Below are positions 13,501-31,439 of a stretch of DNA of 64,000 nt, piece by piece. This DNA is from Tubiluchus corallicola. Lineage: Eukaryota; Animalia; Priapulida. The position numbers and the translations under genes were made by a program. The notes under the pieces were generated by a model. That model worked only from the letters and a program-made list of their open reading frames with translations. It ran no database searches and had not been told where the DNA came from. The stretch spans positions 124,001-188,000 of the forward strand of contig JAQGDQ010000143.1 of assembly GCA_030141605.1 (NCBI GenBank). Reading direction: 5' to 3'. How positions within the stretch are numbered: the first letter of the stretch is position 1; each line of letters opens with the position of its first letter.

Positions 13501-15582
13501 CTAAACATCATGTTTGTTTTGAGTGGCTGCGTCCTGTAACAAGTTCAGCTCGGACTATTTGTCGAGAGACTCCCTGAACTTAAGATCGTGCATTAGAAAT
13601 GACGTCAATGCCGCCATCTTGAATTTCAGATAGTTAATCGAAAATCCTCTCTTTCATTGCACAATTTGTTTTAGTATATACCTGCCGGGTTTCCTGACGA
13701 TCTACTATGAATTGGTGGAGTCTTAGGCTTTCTCTAGGATGATTGCTGCCGTCTAGAATTCAAGATATATAAGCTTTTCTTCAAAAATTTATCCCCCAAT
13801 AAGAACAACAACAATAACAATATCTATATGAGTAGCTATTTGTGTTTAAAGGTACAAAGACAGATTGTATGAAAATGCCAACAAACAGATTTATTTTGAA
13901 TGTTACACAGTTGAGTGATGTTACCCGAGATCCAACAGGCAGCTCTATATTATGCTTTTGCAATAGATACGTTGAAAATTACCCACATTACTCTTTTTTA
14001 ATGTACAAGTGGTGATAATAAACGAAATATTTCAAAAATGAAACACTCTCCAACAATGATGGAAGAGTAATTTGTAACTAATAGCACTAAACCTATATAT
14101 GGAAGTAGGGTTAATGGAGCCATGAGCAATTTGTAAATAATAGCTCTACATTCATATAATAGTTAATAATTACATGCAAGCAAGTTATTCTTATTTGTAT
14201 GGCCTACTATCTAGTTGTGAGTGTTATTTTGGACGCTATTTTAATTGCATATTGGATGTCGATATTTGAACTCGGCAGCTCCTAAAACCTCTAAAAGGAA
14301 TACAGTATGTATTACAATGCAGTACAAAGTGCTATTTTGGAGGGCAGTGACCTTAATATTAGCCGAAATCCATTCTGGGACCTTGCTGGCTCTTATAGTA
14401 CACCACATTTGAAGGTACGCTGTGTGAATAACAAAAAGACTGATTTTTCTTTTTATGTGTTTATACACATGTTTACTACTTTCAAACTTTGAACTGTAAT
14501 TTTTTATTTGAATCAGTTAATCATTTGTTTATTTCACACATAAGATGTACATAACAAATAAAAATGTGAATTAAAATTATAATTTAAAATATTATACAAT
14601 AAAATCAATTAAGAGAACAATCATACATGACAGACTAAACTGAAACTTACAAACTACAAACAACGTAAATTATGGTAAAACTATTTAAGAAAACATGCAT
14701 ACATGACAGATTAAACTAAAACACTGAAAAAAATTAGAAATAACAAAAAGTGGTTAGGCAAGAATTATATAGTTAGCATACGGAAGTACATAATCAATGC
14801 GGATGTTGCACGTTATAGAAAATACTTCAGCCAGTGGGTCCTGATCAAACATTTATTGTTGTAACACTTTAAATTAAGCTATTACTATATTAACTAACGA
14901 GACAGTGTGTATTCTGATATTGAACACGGAGGTTGCCTTTCATAACGTCATAGTGCGGGCATATTCAATACACTAACGTCATGTATGACACACACACCTT
15001 ATATAGTAAGTAGTCTTGATAAAGCATCGAGCAATTTTAAATTCAGATTTTTTGTATTAATGAAATCGAGACTGCAAGGAACAACCACAATATCAACAGG
15101 AATACTCTTAGGATTAAATAGAGTAATTTTACTCTAATCAACGTTTAGTAAACTTAAATAATAATGTATTAGTTCTAATGTATAGTATTGTTGCAGCCCG
15201 GCCAAGACGTCCAGGGTTCAAATCCGTTTCAGCCAAACTATGTTGCAGACAAATGTTGTAGAAAATGCACAAGAAATATAAAAATTTAAGCAGAAAATTA
15301 AGGTGAAGACTAGCCAGAATCTTTTCCTCCGTTTCTCACGCTGACCACAACTACGAAATAGGTGCTTATATGGTAAACGCGCCTGTCCGTCTATCGACTG
15401 AACGGACAAAGCCCTTCCATACCAGCTACTTATAGCTGCTATGCAGTGCTGATATGCAATGGCTTCGTAACGGATCGAATCATCACGACGTAGAGAGGCG
15501 GGGTTGAAAATGAATGAGATTTCACTCCTGTAACAGTATTTTCAGTTGGGATTTCATATCTTCATCGCTTCTGAAATCCTCG

Positions 15583-15584
<2 letters not shown>

Positions 15585-15650
<66 letters not shown>
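15585..15650. repeat. (TA)n microsatellite
   Basis: Directly visible. Confidence 0.95.
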
Positions 15651-15656
<6 letters not shown>

Positions 15657-16359
15657 GAGAAGAGAATAGAACCGTAAAGCTTAAAAACAGGCCATAATGA
15701 AGGAGCATACGTGCTATACCTGACATTACCACAGATGTACTAAAGATAATATAAAGTTTTCCAGCCTAATTTTCAGAATGATCAATAATAAATAAATGTT
15801 TGCAATGCAGCTATAGCCGTAGTTGATAAGTAAATCTGATAAGATTATCTCAGTAAGATTATGTTTTTTTTCAAATTTGAATTGTTATTGTCGTGTACAA
15901 TCATCGTTGCGAATTCTAAGCAGGCTGAGATTCAACTCCATGGCCAGATTTTGGGTAAAAAACATCATTTTGGCGACTTATGATTCTACCAGACGACCGG
16001 CGAAGCCATCCTAATTCTAAAATGTAAAAATTTTAAATACCAGTAAGCTGAAATAACAGGCCCTATTTAGCATGTGTCACTCTACAAAAAGTAAAGATGA
16101 ATCTCTGAGTAAGAGAACTGATAATAGCGATAAAATTTTTCATGATGGTAGTGGTGGTGAATGATGACAAGTTAAGATTTTCATTCTTGGGACAATGCGT
16201 GTTATTTTAGCAATATTAAGCTCAACTCAAGCATCCCATCAGGTTTATCAATGCGGCATGTGTCTTAGTTAGACTTACCTTATTTAGATAAACGCTTCGA
16301 AGATCTTCATAAATAGCTTGCTAAAATCTGTTTAATTAAGTTTTAGTAAACAAACAAAA

Positions 16360-16581
16360 GCAAACAGACAGACAGACAAAACGGATAGGCAGGCAAGTAC
16401 GCAGGCAGGCAGGCAGGCAGGCAGGCAGACAGATAGACAGACAGGCAGACAGACGGACGGACGGACGGACGGACGGACGGACGGACAGACAGACAGTCAG
16501 AGACACAAAGACAGGCAGGCACACATACATAGAGACAGACAGGCAGGCAGGCGGGTGGACGGGCGGACCGACCGACTGCCC

Positions 16582-16653
<72 letters not shown>

Positions 16654-16690
16654 TGCGGACGGATGGACAGACAAGCAGATAAGCAAACAA
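16360..16690. repeat. Compound (GACA/GGCA/GACG)n tetranucleotide repeat
   Basis: Directly visible. Confidence 0.9.
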
Positions 16691-17612
16691 ATGAACAGTT
16701 AAACAAAAAAACGAACAAAGAAACATTAAAATCGAGTTTACAATGATATCCTGCCCGATGGTAGAACAAACCCACAATTAATAAAATTTTAATACAAAAC
16801 TTAAAGACAGGTAATGTGAACAAGTTAGAACACTCATTAATAATAATCTTGACATTAACATCAATATAATTAACATCCCGTCCGATTTTGAAAATACGGG
16901 TAAATGTTCAAGAAGTTAGTTTAGAAATTCAAAATTCAACAGATTTTGATTAACTGCAATTATTATGAACTGCATTTGAAACAGTTCACCAAACGCTATT
17001 ATAAGTTATGAGGATTTGAGCCAAGGAGAGATGAAAGAATTCGCGGCTAGATTAATACAACGTGCCATCTGCCATGTACGTCTTTAATAAAGATGTTAAT
17101 CTCCGCGGGATGTCACACGAAGAACAGACTCAACAGAGAGTAGAAATTGTTGCTTATTCTCTGCCTAATGGAAAAGAGATTATTCTGCTTCATGACATAC
17201 ATGAACACAGGTAATTTTCGAAACCCACCCACATTCAAATAATCTTATATGGCAAAATCGGATGAACGAAAATTAATACATCAGGTAAAATAAATTCTGG
17301 TGATTGAAACGCAGTTAGGGAACCTTAATATGCGCACATGATTAACACGTTTTGGGGACTTAGACGAATATTTGTGCACGCATGCGACTATGTATGCTAC
17401 GCAAGCGATATAAATTTGTTGTTATAATCAAAGTAGACGTGACAAAAGGTCTACGATTCTCAGTCGACACAGACGATTCCTAATGGGAAGCCACGGTGAT
17501 AACAGCTGAATAGCCTCATCTGCTATCTCTTGCCTTCCACAGTCAATGTCCGGCTGCGCTGACTTCTGCTGCTACAGATTGACACTTGGCGCAACGTTAA
17601 TTGCGTGAAATT

Positions 17613-18282
17613 ATGGGAAAGCTTGCCGTGGTGTTTTTGTTCTTTTGGAACTGGCAGTTCAGTTTGACAGCGAATATCAATATTGTCGTGTTATTGGTTA
17701 GAAATGGCATATTGCCATACACCCGCACGCGTTCTGGGCCGAGCATTACCATAGCGTTAGAGAAAGTTGTCCCTACTTTCGACATCAATCTGCATAATGT
17801 TAGCTACAGATTTATTGATGCTGGTAACACTGTTCATTGTGATGCCTCTTACATTGGTGCAGTGGGTGCCCATATTTATTACACACGCGACGTAACAGTT
17901 TTCATTGGTCCAGGTTGCAGTTTTGCTTTGGAGCACTTTGGACTGATGGCAGCTCAGTGGAATCTACCAGTTATCACTGCCGTCGGAACAAAAACCACAT
18001 TGTCAAACAAAAAACGATTTCCAACATTGACCAGAGTCTCGCAAAATCAGAATACGCTCAACGTTTTTTACTGGAAAATTCTGGAATATTTCTCTTGGAA
18101 AACAACAGCAATTCTCTATGACATGGATCAAGCCTTGGCTCGCATCGTGGGAGATAACTTGTTTAGATTGCTAAACGAACACCATTATCCTTCTTATCAG
18201 CTGATGTTCAACAGCAGAAATAATTTAAAATACATGAAAGATGCGACCAGGCAACTTAAATTTGCTAGCAAAAAGGCAAGAG
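17613..18282 (+). CDS. Receptor guanylyl cyclase variable first coding exon V3 (closest to the constant region)
   Basis: ATG 17613 and signal peptide; SGP, C..SYIGAVGAH, VFIGPGCS, AAQWNLPVIT, LSNKKRFPTLTR, YFSW. Ends GCA AGA G|GTAGGG (phase 1) and joins ttttttcag|TG ATT ATC to read ARVIIL. 670 nt; predicted isoform 1050 aa. Confidence 0.92.
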
Positions 18283-18643
18283 GTAGGGCCTTATAGGAAT
18301 CTTATTCACTAAAACCTGCAAAAACTTCGCTACAGGAAACTATCAACACAAACAGTAAACTATAGGTACATTTTGTAGATAAGTTGGTCATTAGCAGAAT
18401 TGTAAAGGGTTAGAAGAATGGGCTATATCTGAAGGATAGCACTGGGAAAGATAAAAGAGGAATCATACTATCTGGAATTATCCACATTGTAGATCGATAG
18501 CTCCCGGTCATCATAATCTATATTCGTAGGAGCTAAAAACATATTATCATCAATTTCATATCTACTTTGTCTCATTCATATTTCGGAAATCAGCGAGTGA
18601 GTTTCTTGCCCATTTACAAAAGGTCTTGCTGTAATTTTTTCAG

Positions 18644-21600
18644 TGATTATCTTGGCGGCACATGGCGACACAATTCGGAACATCATGATACAAGCTTACA
18701 AGATGGGAATGTGCAACGAAGAATACGTCTACATAACCCTGGAACTTTTCAAGAGTACTTATTATGGCGATGTCAGTTGGAAGAGAGGCGACAAACAAGA
18801 CGAAATTGCTAAAGAGGCGTTTAAATCTGTTTTAAGGATATCCATTCTGCAACCAACGTCAGATGCGTACAAAGAGTTTGCTGAGGAAGTGGTTGAACGA
18901 GCCAAACGAGATTTTAACTTCACGTATGGAGACGAAGAGGTAGGAGAATTATTGCTGCTAAACAAGGTAGATAACTTAATGATTAATGTAAAAATTTCAA
19001 CGAAACATTGTTCTGTAAACAGTTTGGGTGAAATCGTAAAAAAGTGCCAAAAATATGCTGGAAGCAAAAGAGCGTTAAATAACAGTACTGATGAAAGGTA
19101 AATAGAAACTTCTCATGTAATGATTATCGTTTTTCTAATATGGACTTTTAATTGAAACAAACCAGATTAATAACATTGCAATTGATTTATTGGCCAATAT
19201 GAAGCTTTGCATCTTCGGTTTTACCCTCCAGAGGCCAGTCGTCTTATACTGAACTATGTTTCATATCCAACTAATTCAGATAACATGCGGCACAAAGTAA
19301 TTGTATGCACAGGAACACGAATTATTACTTTAACTCTGACAATATTCACTACAGTTAATCTGGCAGAAAATAATGCACCTCTATATGGGCCGGTCAGTGT
19401 GAGCTAACTTGACCTGCTGAAAAACTAGAGACCGAAAAAATCTCAGAAGCAATTAGTAAATGTCAGTTGAATATCCAGTGGAAACAGTTAATGTCAAAGT
19501 GAATGTGATGCAAAAGGTAATGAGTAACCTTGTATTATTTTTTTCAAACTAGTAGACACGTTTGGTATTGTTGTCAGAAAAATTCAAGCTATTTAATGGG
19601 TAAATTGTGATCAACTAAACTGTATTTTTCTGTGGAACTTATATGCGGGAAAGAAAACTCAAAAGTTGCGATTTCTTGTAAACAACGGGTTCTTCAATTG
19701 TTTGCAACTTACACGATGTCAGTCTACCATATTCAAATACCTCTATATACTTCAGGTGACGTAATTAGGTACTAATCCAAGCAAAACGAGTTTTAAGTTC
19801 CTTCTTCGACGTATCAAAAATCAAAGCATCATCAAGTTTGGGAAATCTCTCTCACTTTCACACCTTTTGGCATATTGCAAGAGTCAAGGCCTAATATCAC
19901 TTCTCAAGGATAATCCTCTAAGACGAGACTTCTCTTTCAAAGAGACATACAGTCAAAGGCACTCAGAAGCAGGGCACCCATCCATTTATTAACCAGACGT
20001 GGCCCTGCTGTAATAGCCAGGCAATTGTAACCGTTCATCTATTCTCTTTAGTTTCCCTTTAACTTTAATGTTTTTTTGTTAATATTTGTCACTAACAATA
20101 TTTTTTGTAGGTTGGCCTGTTACTGACCAATATTATAGAGATAGGTGATTGATGTCAGGTTTTGTTTCAGCAAACACACACACACACGCACACGCACGCA
20201 CACACACACACACACACGTGAACTTACACGCACATGCACACGAACACGCACACACACACAAGTGAACTTACAAGCACATGCACAAACAAGCAAGCTGTTT
20301 GTTGTGACAAATAAACTTGAAGCTCAAAATAGGAATTTCATATTTTCGTTAAGTTGTGTTTTACGAGTTTTGACAGTTTGGAATACTTCGAGAAAGACTT
20401 TGCCGTATTTGCAATAATGTTCGATCCAATTTTTCTGTGCGTTGCTGCAGCTTTCTTTTCTTTTGTCACACAAAATCAAAAGGCAATTAAAATGTGCTCA
20501 CTTGTCAAAAGGTTTGAAGCATATCATTCCTATTTGGTAACCTTGTTAGTTTAATGAGTGAAAAGAGTAAACCCGTCTTTACAGCCAAATGTAAATTTAA
20601 TTTATTTCATCATTTCATCTGTAAATCCCGTCTTAGTCAGGAAATTGCTGTTGATCATGGCAGCAAAGCACTAAGGCGCTAATGGAGATATACCTACTTG
20701 CATATGTGTCCATTGTATATGTGTATATAACAAGCAATCAATCAAGCGTACAGGGTAATACGAAGCTAATTAGCAATAACGCGTCATTTATACAAGTCAG
20801 TAATCTCCTAGAGGACTACAGACAAATCACGTTTACAACAAAAGTAATAAGTTAAGTAAACCGATGTTAATTATTTCCTAACTAATTAAAATCACCGGGG
20901 AAGTTAAGAGGAGCGTTAATAGGCTATGCTTGGCTTCTACGTCGTGGTTGATGCTCAACAGTGTCCTTTCGTTTCTTTTTTGTGGGATTTTTCATTTAAT
21001 TAGTGACCCTAGTCTCCCCTCTAGTATAATATAGTCGCGCCAACCTCCCTTATGAGCTAATTCTTCGGTGCTATTATGTTGTAATACTTCTAAAACAGAG
21101 TGCAGCTGAGGGCGTAGCTACAGCTTTTGCTACTGCACACCTCGCAAATTTATGCCCTTTAAGTGCATTTTCTTACGACAGCTCTAAAACAGTGCCGTAA
21201 ATCATATTCACGTAGCGGACTTGAGTACTTAAGTCCATCACGCTAGTTGTCGAAATTTCGCTGCTAGATAGAATTCATAAAAAAGTTTCAGGGTTCACTT
21301 AACTCTGCTATTTGAATTTGATAAAAAAAATTCTTTTAGGTTAGACGCGCTGGGCAGTGCCAACTTTAGCGAATCACGAGAGATTTACCACGCAAAATTA
21401 TAATAAAACTGAATGAATAAGCATCAACAGGCAAAATTGAAACATGCGGTGTTTTATAAGCGCCGGTCGACTTATCTGCTCCTAATACAGCTTTTATCTG
21501 CCGAATAAGTCAGAATTGACAAATTACAATTCTGTTATAATATTCTAGGCCTAACAACTCAAACATGCATCTTGTTAATAACTATTGAATCTATGAACTA

Positions 21601-24001
21601 GCATGCCCATTCACACATTACGTGGCGTTTAGTTAGCATCCGGAAATGCGCATGCGTTATGCGGGCTGGGAATAGATAAAATCGGTTTATATTGTTTTCA
21701 ATGCACCCGTTTATGAGACCTGCGTTGTGTTATTTTTTCTGCAGCACTCCCTATTGATTTTTTATTCCGAAGCTATTCCGCAGGTGGATAACGCATACGC
21801 ATTCCGGATGCTAGGTAAACGCCATTTAAATTGGCTATTGAAGGCAAATGCGTCAGGTTAGTAAATAAAAAAGTTATGTTAGCTACAACTTCTAAAATTT
21901 ATGAATTACGTCTGTACACACTGTTTGAAGTATAAAAGTGATACATACAACTTGCTCATCTAAAGTCTGCACACTTCAAATTACAGATCGTAAAATGCAC
22001 TATTGATTGACATCTGATTAACATCTTTAGCATGATTAGCACATTTTCATTTACCAGTACACTTAAGTTTCATATTCTTTGCCAACAGGTTGCACTAGTT
22101 GCCATCTGACTTTTAGTTCAACATTAAATTAATTAAAATTTTGTTGGGCCTCGATCAACCCATGGTTTTGCAAGTTTGAAAAATACTTCAATATTGTTAG
22201 AAAACGAAAAATTATTTAATCACTTTTATGTGTAAATTTTGTTCTTAGGTGAATCCATTTGTGGCGGGCTTCCATGACTCTGTGCTTCTGTATGCGTACG
22301 CACTCAAAGAGCATTTAGCAGATGGAGGCGATCCACTTGATGGAAGAGCAATTACGCTTAGGATGTGGAACAGGACAATTAAAGGTTTATTGGCAGCATA
22401 AAAATATTGTTTTAGTTTTGATTTTAATTAACTGATTGGTTACCCTGTTGGTTAGTTGTGTGATTGATGGTTAATTGCCTTGCAGGTTAGTTAGTTAGTC
22501 GACTAGTTGTTCATAAATACGTGGATTGCTTTCTGACTAAGTGCTAATTGGTTACCTGGTTGACTAAGAGGAAACAGGGATCCTGGCTATTTGGGTTTGG
22601 TGAGTGATTGGTTAGGCTTTTGGCTGGCTTGCTGGTTGATTGGTTTGTTGGCTGAATTTCTGGCTTGGCTGTATGTCTGGTTGGCTAAGTAGTTTATTAA
22701 CAGGTTGTTTGGCTGTTGACTGGTTCATTAGCTAGCAGGCTGATTATCTGATTGTTAAATGACTGGCCAGGGTAGTGTTAGTTAATTGATAATAGATTAA
22801 TTAATTGATTAATAAATATTGACGAACAGATCAACGTATAACTGACTACTTAGAAATTGTAAAATTTAGGTGATTGGCTACTTTAATGTTTTTAAGACGG
22901 TGCGCAATGTCTAAAATCACGCCAGTACAAAGAAAGACGCTTGTAATGCTCGTGGATGTAACCAGTATAAGAGACTGAAATGTAAATGAAGAAGCCGAAT
23001 GATGATTATGATGATAAAAAATTACAGATATAATCAGAACTTTTGAAAATTGCCTTGTAGGTATAACAGGAGACGTTGTTATTGATGAAAACGGTGATCG
23101 TGATTCTGATTATTCCTTGTGGGACATGGATCCAGATACAGGAGAATGGCATGTGAGTCCATCAAGTCAATTCAGAAATTTGTAATTTATAGATGTCTCC
23201 AATTACATAAAAATTAACTTCAGTTAAATAAACCATTTTGGCCATTTCAAATACGATTTGTTGATCTTTGTATGTTGCAAGGAGACGCCTTCTCCACCAA
23301 AAATTGCATGATTTATTTTCATCCAATAGCAAAACTGTTAATTTTTATATCAATAGACAGTATAAAATATCAACTTCCCTATCTGGTAATCAACAAGTAG
23401 GTCATGATTAAAATGTCAGCCAGGCTTCATGGTTTATAAACAAATCAAAATGTGTTTATGAAAATGTATAGTTTATTGTTTATCTCTTTCGAGACTAACT
23501 GAACATTCAACTTTAGATGGGCATAGTATTATCACAACTCCTAAGCTGTTGCTGGTAACGACGTCTTTGAAAACAAGTAAAACAATCCTTAAACTTTTGT
23601 GGTTCCGGAATCTTAATTTCGTTCTTAATAAAATTGTTAAAAGCCACATCCTTTTATTGAAACGTTTCGAACAAATTTTGCCCATCGTCAGTCAACCACC
23701 ACCAATAAAGCAAATGTGGATTTTCGTTTTATAGGGCGAGAAGTTATGTTAACTGATGTCGGTTTATGATTAGGTTTGCTCAAGACCTTTCAATAAATGG
23801 CTGAGCCTTTTAATATTGAAGTTGGTGTTTTTGTTCTCAAAATAATCTCACCTGCACAGGTTGTTTATAATTACTATGGAGCTCGAAAACAGCTGGAGCT
23901 TGTCCCTGGTCAGCGCATCCATTGGCCTGGAAGGGATTCTCCTCCACCAGACGTTCCAAAGTGTGGCTTTGATGGCAAAGATCCTGTCTGCTTGAGTCAA
24001 G
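18644..24001 (+). CDS. Receptor guanylyl cyclase constant exons C1-C4 (C-terminal half of ectodomain)
   Basis: Exons 18644-18939, 22249-22384, 23061-23152, 23860-24001; all AG/GT with matching phases. Encode VIILAAHGDTIRNIM..., FHDSVLLYAYAL...MWNRT, GITGDVVIDENGDRDSDYSL, IHWP...PPDVPKCGF, typical of NPR-type ectodomains. Confidence 0.92.
20173..20290. repeat. Degenerate (CA)n/(CACG)n repeat
   Basis: Directly visible. Confidence 0.85.
21622..21825. mobile_element. MITE of about 200 bp, copy 1
   Basis: Terminal inverted repeats tggcgtttagttagcatccggaaatgcgcatgcgttat / ataacgcatacgcattccggatgctaggtaaacgcca. A homologous copy lies at 53403-53604. Confidence 0.8.
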
Positions 24002-24458
24002 GTTTGGCTTGTTATTCCTTTATCTGAATAATTTATGGTACAACCAAAAATTTTCTTTTTGTAGTTGGTATCACTGAAACTCTGGAAAAACTTCTTAAAA
24101 CTTGATTTAATGACATGTATTTTGATTGCTAGGCGTTTATCATTATAATGATGGCTAGAGTACAATTACCAATTCATTCAGCTCCTCGGTATGAATACAC
24201 AACAGTTACTTGACTTGTTGAAAATCTGTCCTTAATTTTACCATCGCAGGCTAATCGATACGTTGGGAAACTGGTAAGGGGCTAAGCAATTTCTAAGATG
24301 GGTCACAGACAAACGAACAGAAAAAATACGGGTCACACTGACCTAGGTGCTGTTTTAGTTTGAAAATTTCTTTCGTATGTATAAATGAATGGTTTCGTGA
24401 AAATTGATTTTATGAAAATGAAATAAACGTTTAATTGAGTACTCGTTTATTTGAATAG

Positions 24459-25501
24459 GAGGACTACCGGCATACGTGGTTGCGCTAATTGCAATATTTT
24501 GTGTAGTGATTGTAGCTGGAGTCATAGGTATTCTAATTTACAGGTAAGTTTATGTTTGCCTAAAGTTTTTTCGCAACTCTGTAACGATTGTTAGTTTTTT
24601 TGCAATTATTAAAATGATAAATTACGATTATTATTATGATGATGACATGTTTTCATTAATAGGAAACTGAAATTGGAATCAGACTTGTCGAGCTTATGGT
24701 GGAAAGTTCCCAATGAGGAACTTGTGAGGAATAGTGGAAAACATGTTATGGGATCACGCGGAAGTCACCCTCATTCGGTTAGTTCGGTTAGTTATAAGCG
24801 AAATCTTTCAGTGCGTCAAAATTAGGGGGAAACAACCAAACTAAAGTGAGCTATAACATCCCAAAATGCAATGTGACCTCGACGTTAAGTAAAATGCCCG
24901 CAGGACGCTAGAAGAACAACAATAACACCCCAGATATCATATTTTGGTGATGCAGAAGCTGTTTCTTTAAGCCAGATAGATGATCTGCTTAATCCTAAGA
25001 CAATATTTGGGCCTACTGAATAATAGTGAATTATCTAAAATATGGAACAGGGCAATAAACTTCCTACTATCGGAGCGAATATTAATGGGTTTTCGGATGT
25101 GTTCATTCATTTTCTCTTGCAGCGTCATAAACAGGTCCAACGCGAAGACTGAAAAAAGAGTAATGAGTTATTCTGTTTCTCTATACTCAGATAAGCTGAT
25201 AAGTTCATAGTTCCGAAAAATATATAAACCGTATACCACGCAGCAAATTTACTGATTTTTTTATTCCCGTTTTATTTTGTTGCAAGCATAGGCTTTTGTA
25301 ATTAGCATTATGATTGTCAGTTTTTTCCGTCATTACAAGAAGTTATCTGTTTTATGCTTATAAAAACATGGAACTTCTACATCATAACTTATTAATAATT
25401 TTAATTTTTACTTCGTGTTAAAGCTGCACTCTCGGTCACTAGCTAGTCTATCATTGGGTCAAGACAGACAGCAAATTTTCTCAAGCACAGGAATATATAA
25501 G
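24459..25501 (+). CDS. Receptor guanylyl cyclase constant exons C5-C7 (transmembrane helix and Ser-rich juxtamembrane segment)
   Basis: Exons 24459-24543 (AYVVALIAIFCVVIVAGVIGILIYR), 24663-24777 (KLKLESDLSSLWWKV...GSRGSHPHS) and 25424-25501 (LHSRSLASLSLG...IFSSTGIYK); phases consistent. Confidence 0.9.
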
Positions 25502-25720
25502 GTACGACAGTTTTATTTCCTCAGTCTACACACCACACATTTTCTTTGTCTATCTACGCTACACCTATAACGAAAACTTCAATATGTATCATGTCCTTTG
25601 TACGATTATCCTGAGGCACGTAGAGGCATAATCTTAACTGTAAAGCACTAAGATAAAGATGATGACTTAAACAAGCTGAGATCTTACTTGTAGTCTTGTT
25701 TCTCATTTTTTTTATTGTAG

Positions 25721-31439
<5,719 letters not shown>

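Noticed and set aside
14241-14492. Short ORF ending near AAG|GTACGC as a fourth variable exon or a private exon 2 for V2
   Set aside because: No similarity to V or C1 motifs, and in-frame stops lie upstream.
1900-17612. A shared promoter motif upstream of V1-V3, like the protocadherin CSE
   Set aside because: No convincing common motif was visible by eye; this needs MEME or cross-species alignment.
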